From Escherichia coli (GTDB taxonomy: Bacteria > Pseudomonadota > Gammaproteobacteria > Enterobacterales > Enterobacteriaceae): a DNA stretch of 64,000 nucleotides. This document shows positions 1 to 9,495 of the stretch, one piece after another. A model generated the notes under the pieces. It did no database searches. It saw only the letters and a list, made by a program, of their open reading frames with translations, and was not told the DNA's origin. The position numbers and the translations under genes are program-made. Where the stretch lies: NCBI RefSeq assembly GCF_017348835.2, contig NZ_CP072315.1. The stretch is one strand, 5' to 3'. Each line of letters begins with the position of its first letter. Within the stretch, counting starts at the first letter, position 1.

Positions 1-18
1 ACCTCTATTAATTACACT

Positions 19-357
19 ATGGCCAAAAACATACCCCTCTTACTTTATCAGTCCATTTTCCGGTGGAACTTAATCCTGGGGTGGCTAATCGTTTTTCTGC
101 CCTATCTATTTGCCATGCTAGCAGATGGAATGTACCAGTGGAAATTGAAGAGGTACGTATTTGGTAAGGTTACAGTTCAGTTTTATCGTATTTGGTTTCG
201 AGCATTTTGGGTGATCAGTGCTTTAACGATGGTCTACCTGGTCATGCCGAATATGTCACTATTTAACAATATCGCTCAACTTTTCCCACCAGTCGCTTTA
301 TTGATACTGGGAATTGCATTGAATCGCTTGTGGTCTAACTTTCAAAAACTCATGTAA
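19..357 (+). CDS. small integral membrane protein, unknown function
   Basis: 112-aa ORF with several hydrophobic stretches; ends 10 bp before the peptidase gene, same strand, so probably first gene of an operon. Confidence 0.4.
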   Translation: MAKNIPLLLYQSIFRWNLILGWLIVFLPYLFAMLADGMYQWKLKRYVFGKVTVQFYRIWFRAFWVISALTMVYLVMPNMSLFNNIAQLFPPVALLILGIALNRLWSNFQKLM

Positions 358-367
358 AGGTGGTCAG

Positions 368-1549
368 ATGTTAAGCAGTAAAAAAAGGAAGTCCCCTACA
401 AATATCAAAGAATCGCTCAATGATAACGCTGACCGTTTTTATAAGATGTTTCGCATTCATACCACGGCAAAAGTTGCTATGTCGCTAATTGCCATGACCG
501 CTGTAGGGTTTTCTTTCTACAATCTTTACGAACAATGGCAGGACGCTGAAGGGAAGAAAGACCATATAGCTGTAATACGGATTTCTGGCGAGATGGGTAC
601 CGGCTCGGAAACGGGCGATGGAACAGTGATCGCAACAGCTCTTGCCAAAGCTTACAATAATCCCCATGCCAAAGCAGTTATTATCGAGGCAGAGTCAGGT
701 GGTGGTGGTCCCTCTGACGCCATCATTATTTACCGCCAGATAAACGCGCTTAAAAACCACCAGCCACAGATTGAACGCGTATCAGATGCCGGTTGCTCTC
801 TTTCATCTGTAGCCGCTGACAAGAGTAACAAAACCGGGAGCACAGAACGTGGCGATGAAGCACGGTCGAAGCAAAACTCCCTCGAAGTACTCTCCAGCGG
901 TACCGGTCGTTTTTTCTCTGATATCGCAGACTCATATAAACCAATCATCGTTAGTGTGAAAGGCATATGCGCATCCGCATGCTATTACGCGGTATCGCCC
1001 GCTGATGCAATTTATGCCGACAGTAATGCCCTGATCGGTTCTATCGGTGTGCGTATGGACCACTGGAATCTGTCAGAGATCATGAGCACAGTAGGCGTCA
1101 AGAATGAGCCCCTTACGGCCGGTGAGTTCAAAGATGCTCTTGACCCCTTCCACCCATTGTCCGATTCAACGAGGGAGTTCATGCAGAAGGAGATCCTGAA
1201 CACGATGCATGAAAAATTTATAACTGATGTTGAACTTGGACGGGGTAAAAAGCTTCTCTCGCGTCATGATGCCGATGCTGTTTCTCTCTATTCAGGCCGT
1301 GTATGGCCAACACCTCAGGCAGTTAAGTACGGCCTGGTGGATGGAGATCTTACGTCAGTAGAGATCCGTACACGTCTTTCAAAAATGTACTCCACTGACA
1401 CGTTCAAAAACTACAATGAGCCTCATCGTAATCTCCGTTCTGCACTCGGCATGCTGATGAGCCTGTCTTCAAATATTGAGAGCCTTACCGGTACCACTAC
1501 CCGCTTGGTAGAATCTGTTAATGCCACCAGCTACCCCTCTGTGAGGTAA
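368..1549 (+). CDS. S49-family (SppA-like) serine peptidase, membrane anchored
   Basis: N-terminal TM segment followed by an S49-like core (VIRISGEM, GICASACYYAVSPADAIYADSNALIGSIGV) by recall of SppA/SohB-type peptidases; stop overlaps next start. Confidence 0.6.
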   Translation: MLSSKKRKSPTNIKESLNDNADRFYKMFRIHTTAKVAMSLIAMTAVGFSFYNLYEQWQDAEGKKDHIAVIRISGEMGTGSETGDGTVIATALAKAYNNPHAKAVIIEAESGGGGPSDAIIIYRQINALKNHQPQIERVSDAGCSLSSVAADKSNKTGSTERGDEARSKQNSLEVLSSGTGRFFSDIADSYKPIIVSVKGICASACYYAVSPADAIYADSNALIGSIGVRMDHWNLSEIMSTVGVKNEPLTAGEFKDALDPFHPLSDSTREFMQKEILNTMHEKFITDVELGRGKKLLSRHDADAVSLYSGRVWPTPQAVKYGLVDGDLTSVEIRTRLSKMYSTDTFKNYNEPHRNLRSALGMLMSLSSNIESLTGTTTRLVESVNATSYPSVR

Positions 1550-1550
1550 C

Positions 1551-2282
1551 ATGGATGCTTTCAATCTGCTGTGGAGCATTACGGGGGTAGCTTTCATTAT
1601 CCTTATTTTCGTCGTGTTGCTGTGTCTGTTGGGTTTTATGACCTCTGCCATAGCGGAACGGCGGACTGCAAAGGCAATTGAATCTGGGCTTCCTGAAGAA
1701 GCTCAGGGGCTACTTAGTGATCTCACCTTTCAGTTGTCGGCTCATAGCACTACTCAGGTTGATCACATTCTCGTAGCCCCACATGGTATATACGTCATAG
1801 AGCAGAAAAACTACGTAGGCAAGCTCTACGGTACTCTGGAGGAAAGCCACTGGCGGAAATGGACTCAGTCCCGAACCCTCAAGTTGCAGAACCCGTTTAA
1901 GCAAAACCAGGGGCACATCAGGGCTATTCAGTCTGCTCTTAAGGCTAGAGAACTGGAATGTATCAATGTCGTCATCATAAACGGACGTTGTAAGTTTGAT
2001 GGCATCAAGCCGGAATGGTTATGTATGGGGATGGACGATTTTATCCATAAAGTCAAACAACGACGAGGGCTACGGTTGTTCACACCGGAGTCTGTTCAGC
2101 ACATCTGTTCGGTGTTGAAGTCAACAAGGAAGTCGCCAGGGCTCTATACGGACCTTACTCATATTCACAACATAACGACAAAGTACAAAGCCCCGATGAA
2201 ATTCGAGCAACGAGTAACATACATTCTGCTCAACTTTATCCATTATCTGTGGGCAAGTCTGTTCACTAAGCAGAAGCCTTAG
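1551..2282 (+). CDS. NERD (nuclease-related domain) protein with N-terminal TM helix
   Basis: N-terminal hydrophobic helix then NERD-like block (VDHILVAPHGIYVIEQKNYVGKLYG...W); translationally coupled to the peptidase gene. Confidence 0.55.
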   Translation: MDAFNLLWSITGVAFIILIFVVLLCLLGFMTSAIAERRTAKAIESGLPEEAQGLLSDLTFQLSAHSTTQVDHILVAPHGIYVIEQKNYVGKLYGTLEESHWRKWTQSRTLKLQNPFKQNQGHIRAIQSALKARELECINVVIINGRCKFDGIKPEWLCMGMDDFIHKVKQRRGLRLFTPESVQHICSVLKSTRKSPGLYTDLTHIHNITTKYKAPMKFEQRVTYILLNFIHYLWASLFTKQKP

Positions 2283-2319
2283 CGCTCTATCATTGGTAAG
2301 GCTGTAAAATGTCTGCAAA

Positions 2320-2352
2320 AGGCCCCATCGGTAAATTGTTGGGGCTTTTTCT
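2320..2352 (+). terminator. putative rho-independent terminator after NERD gene
   Basis: GC stem (ggcccca...tggggc) followed by a T-run immediately downstream of the stop at 2282. Confidence 0.4.
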
Positions 2353-2568
2353 TTGCGTAGTTCTGATACGGTTTATCCTGTGGAGCATTATGGCCACCAG
2401 CCAGCTGGTGACTGGCCAACGCTTTGTATGACGTAGCCTACTCAGGGCAGGCTATTTTAGAGGGACCGATTTTTATCCGGGCTAATTTAGAAAGAGATAA
2501 TTTGAACTTAGGCGGGCTGACCACCAGCAGAGAGGTAAATCACTAGCCGGTGATATTGACAGAAGTCG

Positions 2569-2931
2569 TCAGGGGTTTAACGCCGGAATATTTTGCCAGG
2601 CCTCCTGCAAGGTCTGCAAGACTTCTACAAGTGATAGTGACGGCCACAGGACTGTTTCCGTCATTATCACTCCAGGTGGCTCGCACTCTACTGGTACCAG
2701 AATTAAAACAACACGAGTTCCTTTTACCTGGTAGGCAAGGTTTACTGCCGGTTGGCGGTAGGAGGCCAGTACACCCTCACCATATTGAGCAGGGTTACTT
2801 GCCCAGTTCCGCACCATTGCATACACCTGAGGCATATACCGACTATCCAGATCCCCTTTGGGCCGTCTGAACGGCACGATTTCTTCTGAGCGGTAGGTGG
2901 TCGTTGTTGTATTGGTTGTCATCTTTGTCAC
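2569..2931 (-). CDS. hypothetical protein
   Basis: 120-aa ORF co-oriented with and directly downstream of the 2988..3272 gene. Confidence 0.35.
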   Translation of the reverse strand: MTKMTTNTTTTTYRSEEIVPFRRPKGDLDSRYMPQVYAMVRNWASNPAQYGEGVLASYRQPAVNLAYQVKGTRVVLILVPVECEPPGVIMTETVLWPSLSLVEVLQTLQEAWQNIPALNP

Positions 2932-2987
2932 CTCCCCTGTTCGTCCATTTAGAGTTTTAAGCTGCTTTACACATCACACTCAACTGA

Positions 2988-3272
2988 TTATTTAAGCTGG
3001 TCATCGTCTCTGGCCAGCATAGCCCAACCATTCGACTGGTTTTCGCGGGAGTAAGGATTCATTTCAAAATAACTATCTACCGCGTCGCTGTCCGCAACAG
3101 AACTGTTGTTAGCTCTCTTTGAACCCTGAACCACTACAGCATCAACCTCTGCGGCTTTCCCGTTGCGCTGTACCAGGATTTTAACCGTCTTGGGCTTACG
3201 TCTTGCGAGCAGTTTGTTGGCGATAAAAAGCACAACAATCCAGGCCAAAAGCACGTATAAAAATTTATTCAT
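2988..3272 (-). CDS. small membrane-anchored hypothetical protein
   Basis: 94-aa ORF with N-terminal TM helix; palindromic motif about 160 bp upstream. Confidence 0.45.
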   Translation of the reverse strand: MNKFLYVLLAWIVVLFIANKLLARRKPKTVKILVQRNGKAAEVDAVVVQGSKRANNSSVADSDAVDSYFEMNPYSRENQSNGWAMLARDDDQLK

Positions 3273-3435
3273 AATGCCCTCCTTTGTATGTGATTATTAT
3301 ACCTGCTTCCATTGCAGGCCAAACAGGTTCGGTGTATGAAAAATAGACTTCTCTCCGGCGTATAGCAATCTACTTACTGATCTGTTTTCGTATCAAACTG
3401 TATGGCATAACCGAGGGGCGTACGTGGTGAGTCAG

Positions 3436-3446
3436 AAAGTTACTTT
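3436..3446. promoter_or_regulatory. AAAGTWACTTT palindromic motif copy
   Basis: aaagttacttt; about 160 bp upstream of the leftward gene starting at 3272. Confidence 0.5.
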
Positions 3447-3628
3447 TCCGTAATAGTTAATTTCAGATCCTTCTTCCAGTTACGCTTCAGTATAAAACCG
3501 ATACCCTCTAATTCAGCATCCTTCACGTTTAATACGCTTCACTTTAAGGCAGGGCTTTTCGGTTGATATGAATTCTTTTTCCGGTTGCTGGACATGGGTT
3601 TCATCCTGATAGTTAAAATTGCAGGCTA

Positions 3629-3931
3629 TCAGTCACCACCACCACCTCCTCCTCCTCCTCCTCCACCGCCACCATCACAACCACCAGCTATGCTATTTTC
3701 ACCATTACAATCACCTCCGAGGGGGTTCAAATGGCTGCTCCCCTGTAGATGGTGTCCTTGCCAGATCGAACCCGAACCAGCGCCTCCTGAGCGTCTTTGC
3801 TTGCCCTGAGGCAATTGTGCAGGCTCACCAGCACCGGCGGTCCCAAAAATGTCCCGGGCAATTTTATAAAGAAGGTAAAAAGGTACGCCCAGCATCATAA
3901 AAAAGATTACTGAAAATATTACACGTTCCAT
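3629..3931 (-). CDS. small Gly-rich membrane protein
   Basis: 100-aa ORF with N-terminal TM helix and a C-terminal run of 13 Gly encoded by the trinucleotide tract. Confidence 0.4.
   Translation of the reverse strand: MERVIFSVIFFMMLGVPFYLLYKIARDIFGTAGAGEPAQLPQGKQRRSGGAGSGSIWQGHHLQGSSHLNPLGGDCNGENSIAGGCDGGGGGGGGGGGGGD
3635..3690. repeat. trinucleotide simple-sequence tract (CCA/CCT)n
   Basis: caccaccaccacctcctcctcctcctcctccaccgccacc read directly; encodes a poly-Gly run in the minus-strand ORF. Confidence 0.8.
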
Positions 3932-4363
3932 TGATGATCTCCTGTCTTGTGAGAGACCAGTTATATCAGGGTGATTCAGTATTTCCGTTTAGAAAAGAGT
4001 ACTAATTTGGCCCTGTTCGATCTTAATTTGCCATCCGGGAAAAAGTCATAGGGATAGGCCTGCCAGAGTCAATAACTTCCAGTGATCTGGAGGAGACCCC
4101 GGCTCTCTGAGCCCTCATGGATGGTACGGCTTTACCCCCTGTAAACAGATTCACGTTCCGCAGGACAAACATCGACTACTGACGTCTCATATTTGCTGAC
4201 GCTAATCCGACGTCTCATTGCCGTCTGCTTGTTTTCTTTAAAGGGTGTATTAGACGAATATCAAATCGGAATGGTAGGGGATGTGTGGGCACCATGCCCG
4301 GCCCTCTTTGAGCATCTGAGAGATTGGAGACCTAGCCGGGTAAGATAGCTACTTTCTTACGGG

Positions 4364-4732
4364 TTACCCTTCAAATCCAAAGACGAAACGGACGCTGCCG
4401 TTCTCCACGTGGAGACGCTTTACTTCTTCGACAAATTCCTGGATCACCTCTCCGGCGTTATCGGGTGGTATGGCTGACAAAATTTCTTCCGAAGTCAGCC
4501 ATGAGTATGAATGTTCACCGAATAAATCATCATCTTCGGACGGTATATCATCAGGTAATCCGCGTAATGCGTGGATAAAAACTGCTGATGTGCTCGCCCT
4601 TTCACGATCTACATCAAATCCGAGCCAGGCAAAGTGGAGATATGATCGGTCCCCTTTATAATTGCTTGATAAATTAATCCATTTACCAGGCTTTTCTTCC
4701 CTTTGAAATCGCCAGCAGATATCAACGCCCAT
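4364..4732 (-). CDS. hypothetical protein
   Basis: 122-aa ORF, no recognisable motif. Confidence 0.4.
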   Translation of the reverse strand: MGVDICWRFQREEKPGKWINLSSNYKGDRSYLHFAWLGFDVDRERASTSAVFIHALRGLPDDIPSEDDDLFGEHSYSWLTSEEILSAIPPDNAGEVIQEFVEEVKRLHVENGSVRFVFGFEG

Positions 4733-4896
4733 TAAGAAACTCCATTACTATCGTTCGTATGAGATAACTATCATTTCAGAATACTATGACTTCTTCCCGT
4801 ATAGAACTAATCGCTCACGCCAACTGGGCGAAGCCAACCGGTTCCGCCACTTCGCTCATTGGTTTTTAGGCGTAAGCACTGAAGCCAGTCTCCATG

Positions 4897-5439
4897 CTAA
4901 CTGGCGAGCCTGCGAAAGTCAGACTCGTTGTTATAAAGCGGCATATCGTAAGCGGTGTCTGAAATGAACATGCGGATCTGCTCAAGCGTCATGCCACAAT
5001 GAAAACGGTTTACGCTCACATTGGCCCGGGGGAAGTCAGCACAAAACGCATTCAAAACATTTTCATGGACAATGCCAATGTTGATCAACGCAGCTGGCCC
5101 GTTGTCACGGAAGGATACGACACGGAATCCCCCATACCAGCCTGAATGGGAGAAAAATGAAAATGCGCCGGATGCCAGACCATTAGACAGGTCATAGCGC
5201 AATTTCCCGCACAGAGACTGGCTGTCTTTGCTGTACACGCGATTAATGAAAATACCGGGACCAACTTCTACCGGCTGCTTGTTGCTTGCTAAACACGGAA
5301 AGCCCACCAGCGAAACCTCCCTTTCTCCTGACCAGTTTACCTGATACCCGGCAGTGAGAAAGTCCGTCAGTTCTACGCCAGAAAGAGCATTAATGGCCGC
5401 GATATCGGTAGTCAAAATATTTACGTTTTTCATATTCAT
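4897..5439 (-). CDS. hypothetical protein
   Basis: 180-aa ORF, co-oriented with neighbours. Confidence 0.45.
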   Translation of the reverse strand: MNMKNVNILTTDIAAINALSGVELTDFLTAGYQVNWSGEREVSLVGFPCLASNKQPVEVGPGIFINRVYSKDSQSLCGKLRYDLSNGLASGAFSFFSHSGWYGGFRVVSFRDNGPAALINIGIVHENVLNAFCADFPRANVSVNRFHCGMTLEQIRMFISDTAYDMPLYNNESDFRRLAS

Positions 5440-5500
5440 CTCATCTTTATTCTAAAGTGCGTTTTTTGTCTATCAGCCCGAGGATTGAAAATTTGAATAT

Positions 5501-5938
5501 TTAATGTGACAGATAAATACCTGTCACTTTTTCAAAAACAGCCTGTAATTGAATATCGAGAGAGTTCATTTTAAAATCCACCAGCTCAGCTTTATTATCG
5601 CAAACCAAATAAAAATAGGAGTCAAATGCGTCTGTATCTTCATCTTTAAAAATACGGAAGGAATTAATTTTATCATGCCCTTCAAATTCGGCATGAATAC
5701 CATAGCGAACCGAGCCGTCATCGAACTGAACAACCCGTCGTACAGAATTAATCCGGACGTACTGTTTTAAGGCCCTCGCGAAATCGGCATTTAACGCCAA
5801 CGCTCGTAAGATTGAATCAGCGGTTTCATTCTGCTTTTTACGATCGTATTCAAATATCCCACAGCCGGTGTTACGAAAGACCGGCTGAAGAGCATTAACC
5901 AGGTTGAAGGAATCCACGTTTCTGTCGTTTCTGTACAT
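5501..5938 (-). CDS. hypothetical protein
   Basis: 145-aa ORF, co-oriented. Confidence 0.45.
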   Translation of the reverse strand: MYRNDRNVDSFNLVNALQPVFRNTGCGIFEYDRKKQNETADSILRALALNADFARALKQYVRINSVRRVVQFDDGSVRYGIHAEFEGHDKINSFRIFKDEDTDAFDSYFYLVCDNKAELVDFKMNSLDIQLQAVFEKVTGIYLSH

Positions 5939-5982
5939 GAGATATCTCCTGCCCCTCCGCTATACGAAGGGGCTTGATAGGG

Positions 5983-6279
5983 TTACTGCCAGGCTGCGAT
6001 CACTTCTTCGCACTGGAAATGAGATAAGCACTGCTGGAGTAGAAGAGCCAGCACCGCTGTGTTAGGGACGCGATTGTTACACCACGCGTTGAAAAGCAGC
6101 TGCCATGGACCGGCATAATACCCGGCCAGTTTCTTTTTTTGTTTAGCTGTACGGCAGCGGGAAATGGCCTGCTGATAAAGGCTTTCATTCTCATCACCAG
6201 CCCGTTTTTGCAGAGTGCGATAAATATACGAATAAAGACTGTCAGAACAGTTTGAAGCGTACGCCAGTTGTTTTTTCAT
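5983..6279 (-). CDS. hypothetical protein
   Basis: 98-aa ORF; conserved promoter-proximal element about 43 bp upstream of its start. Confidence 0.4.
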   Translation of the reverse strand: MKKQLAYASNCSDSLYSYIYRTLQKRAGDENESLYQQAISRCRTAKQKKKLAGYYAGPWQLLFNAWCNNRVPNTAVLALLLQQCLSHFQCEEVIAAWQ

Positions 6280-6321
6280 AATACCTCCTGTTTAGAAGTA
6301 TTATATGTAAACAGCCTCAGC

Positions 6322-6332
6322 GGCTAATAACC
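6322..6332 (-). promoter_or_regulatory. conserved promoter-proximal element (plus-strand GGCTAATAACC)
   Basis: About 43 bp upstream of the start at 6279. Confidence 0.45.
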
Positions 6333-6399
6333 CGTAGCAATATAATTTGCATTTTTTCTATTTCTGAAGACGCTTTTTAAATTAATATTTACTGAGTTA

Positions 6400-6678
6400 T
6401 CACAACTTATTATTCTTCCCGTCTGCTGTTTTATTAATCCCCCAGTTAGTAATCACGCCAAGTCGGCGCAATTTTTCACGTTGTTCATAAATAAAAAAAT
6501 CGCCAAGGCAGTCTTTTAAAACTTCACTATCCTGATATTTTATTTTTTGAAGCATCCTCGCAACTATGGCGCGTTTCAGGAATATGGCTGCATCAGACTC
6601 AAGCATTTGTGAGGACTGTCTGACGGTCTCCTGCATGTCGACGATACTGCTGAGCTTTCGTCTGACCACGCTTAGCAT
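6400..6678 (-). CDS. hypothetical protein
   Basis: 92-aa ORF. Confidence 0.35.
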   Translation of the reverse strand: MLSVVRRKLSSIVDMQETVRQSSQMLESDAAIFLKRAIVARMLQKIKYQDSEVLKDCLGDFFIYEQREKLRRLGVITNWGINKTADGKNNKL

Positions 6679-6862
6679 AGTGTCCGGGAACCGCTTAGCG
6701 GCTGAATGTAACCCGCAACAACGTTACGCATTGTTTTACTCACTGCAATTTTCCATTTAAGTCTGTTTGTTCCACCAGCTGCTAACATCAGCGTTATTCA
6801 TCCTGAGGTTTCGCCCGCGATTGACAGATCAGAGGCAGCATGGATGAAATTGCCAGAGTAGA

Positions 6863-7144
6863 TCACTGCATACGCGAATAGTGGTTTGTATTCAGTTCTG
6901 CGTTTGCCTGCTTTTCCAGTGCTGTCATAACCCGGCGGAGCATCGCCAGAGCCTGAACAGGCGAGCTCCCAAACTGCACTTTCACTTCAGCCGTATCATG
7001 ATCCTGAATCAGGTCGAGTATATTCACTTCGATCCCTGCCCCGTTTTCATCTTTTGCCGTGCACTGAATACTTACCCGGGTCACCGAATCCGTCAGGACT
7101 GGCAGTGGGTTAGTTTTGTCTACGTTGATAACAGCCTTCTTCAT
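6863..7144 (-). CDS. hypothetical protein
   Basis: 93-aa ORF directly downstream of the ParB-like gene. Confidence 0.4.
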   Translation of the reverse strand: MKKAVINVDKTNPLPVLTDSVTRVSIQCTAKDENGAGIEVNILDLIQDHDTAEVKVQFGSSPVQALAMLRRVMTALEKQANAELNTNHYSRMQ

Positions 7145-7209
7145 TGCCCTGTTTCCCCTTGTCCTGAAAAAGTTACCGACCCGTCCGGATGGAGGGGTCG
7201 GTCAGAAAA

Positions 7210-8394
7210 TCATGACTGTCCCTTGTTCATCTTATCAGCATGCTTACGCAGGTACTCTTTCAGGTCAGCATGAGCGTTGATGATATCGTTCATTTCATCA
7301 TTGGTCAGAACAAGCGTGTAAGTATCAGTACTGACAGATTCACCTTCTTTAAGCTTGGCTTCTTCAGCAATACGTTCAAAAATCGGGATCGCGGTGTCTG
7401 CAATGACGGTCACAGTCTTTTTGTTCAGAACGCTGGACATGGAAGGTGCTTTACCTGCCGGGTTCTGTTTAGGAGCGCTGTCCTTTGGAGCTGGAGCCGG
7501 TTCCTGTACCGGTGGCGTATCCAGCGTCTCCGTATTGCTTTCATCGTTCAGTTGATCCGGTACCGGGGTGTTATCGGTAGTATCATCTGCCGGTTGCTCA
7601 GCACCGATGTTTTCCGGAGTCTGCGGATCTGCCATGCGCTCTTCTACCTTGGCAGCTTTGACGAATTTCAGCGTGTTTTTCGTCGCCTTGCCATAGATGG
7701 AGATCGCTTTGTTGATGTTATCTACCGCATCCTCACCGCTGTACATATACTCGTCCAGTGCAACGTACATGCTCACCTGATCGCTCACAAGCATGGTCTG
7801 TAGTTCAGAAGGCAGGTCCAGTACGCGAACCATCTGGCGAAGATGCTGCTCTGATTTACCACGTTTTTTTGCCAGTTCCGCAAAGGTCTTAGGCTCTTCT
7901 TTATCTTCAACCAGACGCTTAATTGAAAGCGCTTCAGCTACGACAGACAGCGCCAGGTTGGAGTTGCCGGTCAGGGTGAAGAGTTCTGCTTTTGAAGCGC
8001 TACCGCGAAACTCTTCGCAGCGAATACGAGTAATGCGTTCACGCCCTTCTGCTTCCAGCTGGCGGTTTGCAATAGCGATGGAACGGATACGGCAAGCCCC
8101 CTGACGCAGTACAGGTACGCCATTAACCATCTGAACAACGATAGGCGTCACGCTGAACGGGTCTTCCATGTAGGCATCGGCCAGGCTGTTCAGGTGTTCC
8201 ACAACGTGAGGCATTGAATAGTAGAGCTCGCCCATACCGGCCGTGCGGGTGTTAAAGCCTTCCTGCTCTACAACAACCGAAGGGTCAATGATAAGGCCGT
8301 TGCCTTTACGGGCACCGTTACCAGTGCGTTCCAGGTAACCACGAAGGCTGATTTCGTTGCTGTTGTTTTTTACTTCAGTTTCGATTGCGGACAT
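7210..8394 (-). CDS. ParB/Srx-domain (ParB-like nuclease) protein
   Basis: N-terminal ParB-like block (GFNTR ... VVQMVNGVPVLRQGACRIRSIAIA), paralogous to the ORFs at 55984..57147 and 60358..61413; Pro/acidic linker; two palindromic motif copies upstream. Confidence 0.7.
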   Translation of the reverse strand: MSAIETEVKNNSNEISLRGYLERTGNGARKGNGLIIDPSVVVEQEGFNTRTAGMGELYYSMPHVVEHLNSLADAYMEDPFSVTPIVVQMVNGVPVLRQGACRIRSIAIANRQLEAEGRERITRIRCEEFRGSASKAELFTLTGNSNLALSVVAEALSIKRLVEDKEEPKTFAELAKKRGKSEQHLRQMVRVLDLPSELQTMLVSDQVSMYVALDEYMYSGEDAVDNINKAISIYGKATKNTLKFVKAAKVEERMADPQTPENIGAEQPADDTTDNTPVPDQLNDESNTETLDTPPVQEPAPAPKDSAPKQNPAGKAPSMSSVLNKKTVTVIADTAIPIFERIAEEAKLKEGESVSTDTYTLVLTNDEMNDIINAHADLKEYLRKHADKMNKGQS

Positions 8395-8484
8395 TTTTGT
8401 TCTCTTTTTTGGTTGGTTGTTTAACTGCGCTACAACACAACAATACCAGGTTCGACATTTTTCCTAATAGGTTGCGGAGAAGAA

Positions 8485-8495
8485 AAAGTAACTTT
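8485..8495. promoter_or_regulatory. AAAGTWACTTT palindromic motif copy
   Basis: aaagtaacttt; about 90 bp upstream of the ParB-like gene start at 8394. Confidence 0.5.
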
Positions 8496-8610
8496 TTTTA
8501 AAAATTTTCCTGAGGCAATACTACTCGATCCGTCCGTTTTAAATCTTCACAACAGTGGGCCGTTTTTACGTTTAAGCAAAATAACTGGTTCAGAAGGTGA
8601 CTCAGAGAGA

Positions 8611-8621
8611 AAAGTTACTTT
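8611..8621. promoter_or_regulatory. AAAGTWACTTT palindromic motif copy
   Basis: aaagttacttt; second copy upstream of the ParB-like gene. Confidence 0.5.
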
Positions 8622-9495
8622 TCCGGTTGTCTGGGCCAGTGATGGGAGAGTGGCAGGACAGGAATGGCTAAACCGGTGCGGGTCTCTTGTAAGTCGCAGG
8701 GGATTCAGGAGATATAGAGGTAAACTGGTACGTTCAGTTTTTGGATTGAGCCGGGCTTTTGGCCCGGGCTTAAGGAAGCAGAAATTTGAACGAACTGGCA
8801 GGTAATGCTTTATGCCGCCGACAGCTGGCCGTCAGTGCTTTGCTGTTCTGGTTTGACAGTTGGGGGATAACCGGCAGTTAGCCGCTGGCATTCCGCATCA
8901 CAGAAAGCCCTGAGGTTGCTGAAGACGGACTCCATGAAATCAGCATGAGCATACGAGTCTACAGGACGTGTCTTGTTATCTTTCATCTTGTTCTCCTCAA
9001 TCATTATTAAAACCAGCGGATTTAGTTTCTGGCGCTCCATCTGCTGACCGGCTTTCCCAGAGAGCAGCGATGTGTCGGGTTCTTTTTCTCATTTTATCGT
9101 TTTCATCGGGCCCATCCGGGCGTATAAGAGACCGATTTGGCATGTTTAGGAAACGTACTGGCGTAATTAAAAGCTGAGGTTGGATTTGGAATAAAAGGAT
9201 GCTTTTCCCGTTTGTCGGGTCTTTCGCCACCGCTGCACGATGATTCTGTCAGGCATTCTGCGCCCTCCCAGGCTGCACATCTGGAAACAAGCGTTGGGAT
9301 GTTCCCTTCCCCTGCTCACCGTAGAAAGATCGGCAAGTCCCGACGGTCGTTCCGTACGAGCCGGGTCCAAATAATGAATAAATAAAACGCCGCTTCAATT
9401 GTATTGACAATAGAAGTCAGGAGGATCATAGTGTCATTCATGGTGCGGCTTTCGCACCACCGCCCCGGCGGTACCGGGCAGAACTGGAGTACCTC

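Noticed and set aside
3585-3900. Plus-strand ORFs 3585..3809 and 3619..3900 with poly-Pro and His-rich runs
   Set aside because: They are translations of the trinucleotide tract in other frames and overlap the better-supported minus-strand ORF.
7240-8104. Plus-strand ORFs 7240..7803, 7355..7555 and 7793..8104
   Set aside because: Fully antisense to the ParB-like gene, which has recognisable domain motifs; low-complexity Ser/Arg-rich translations.
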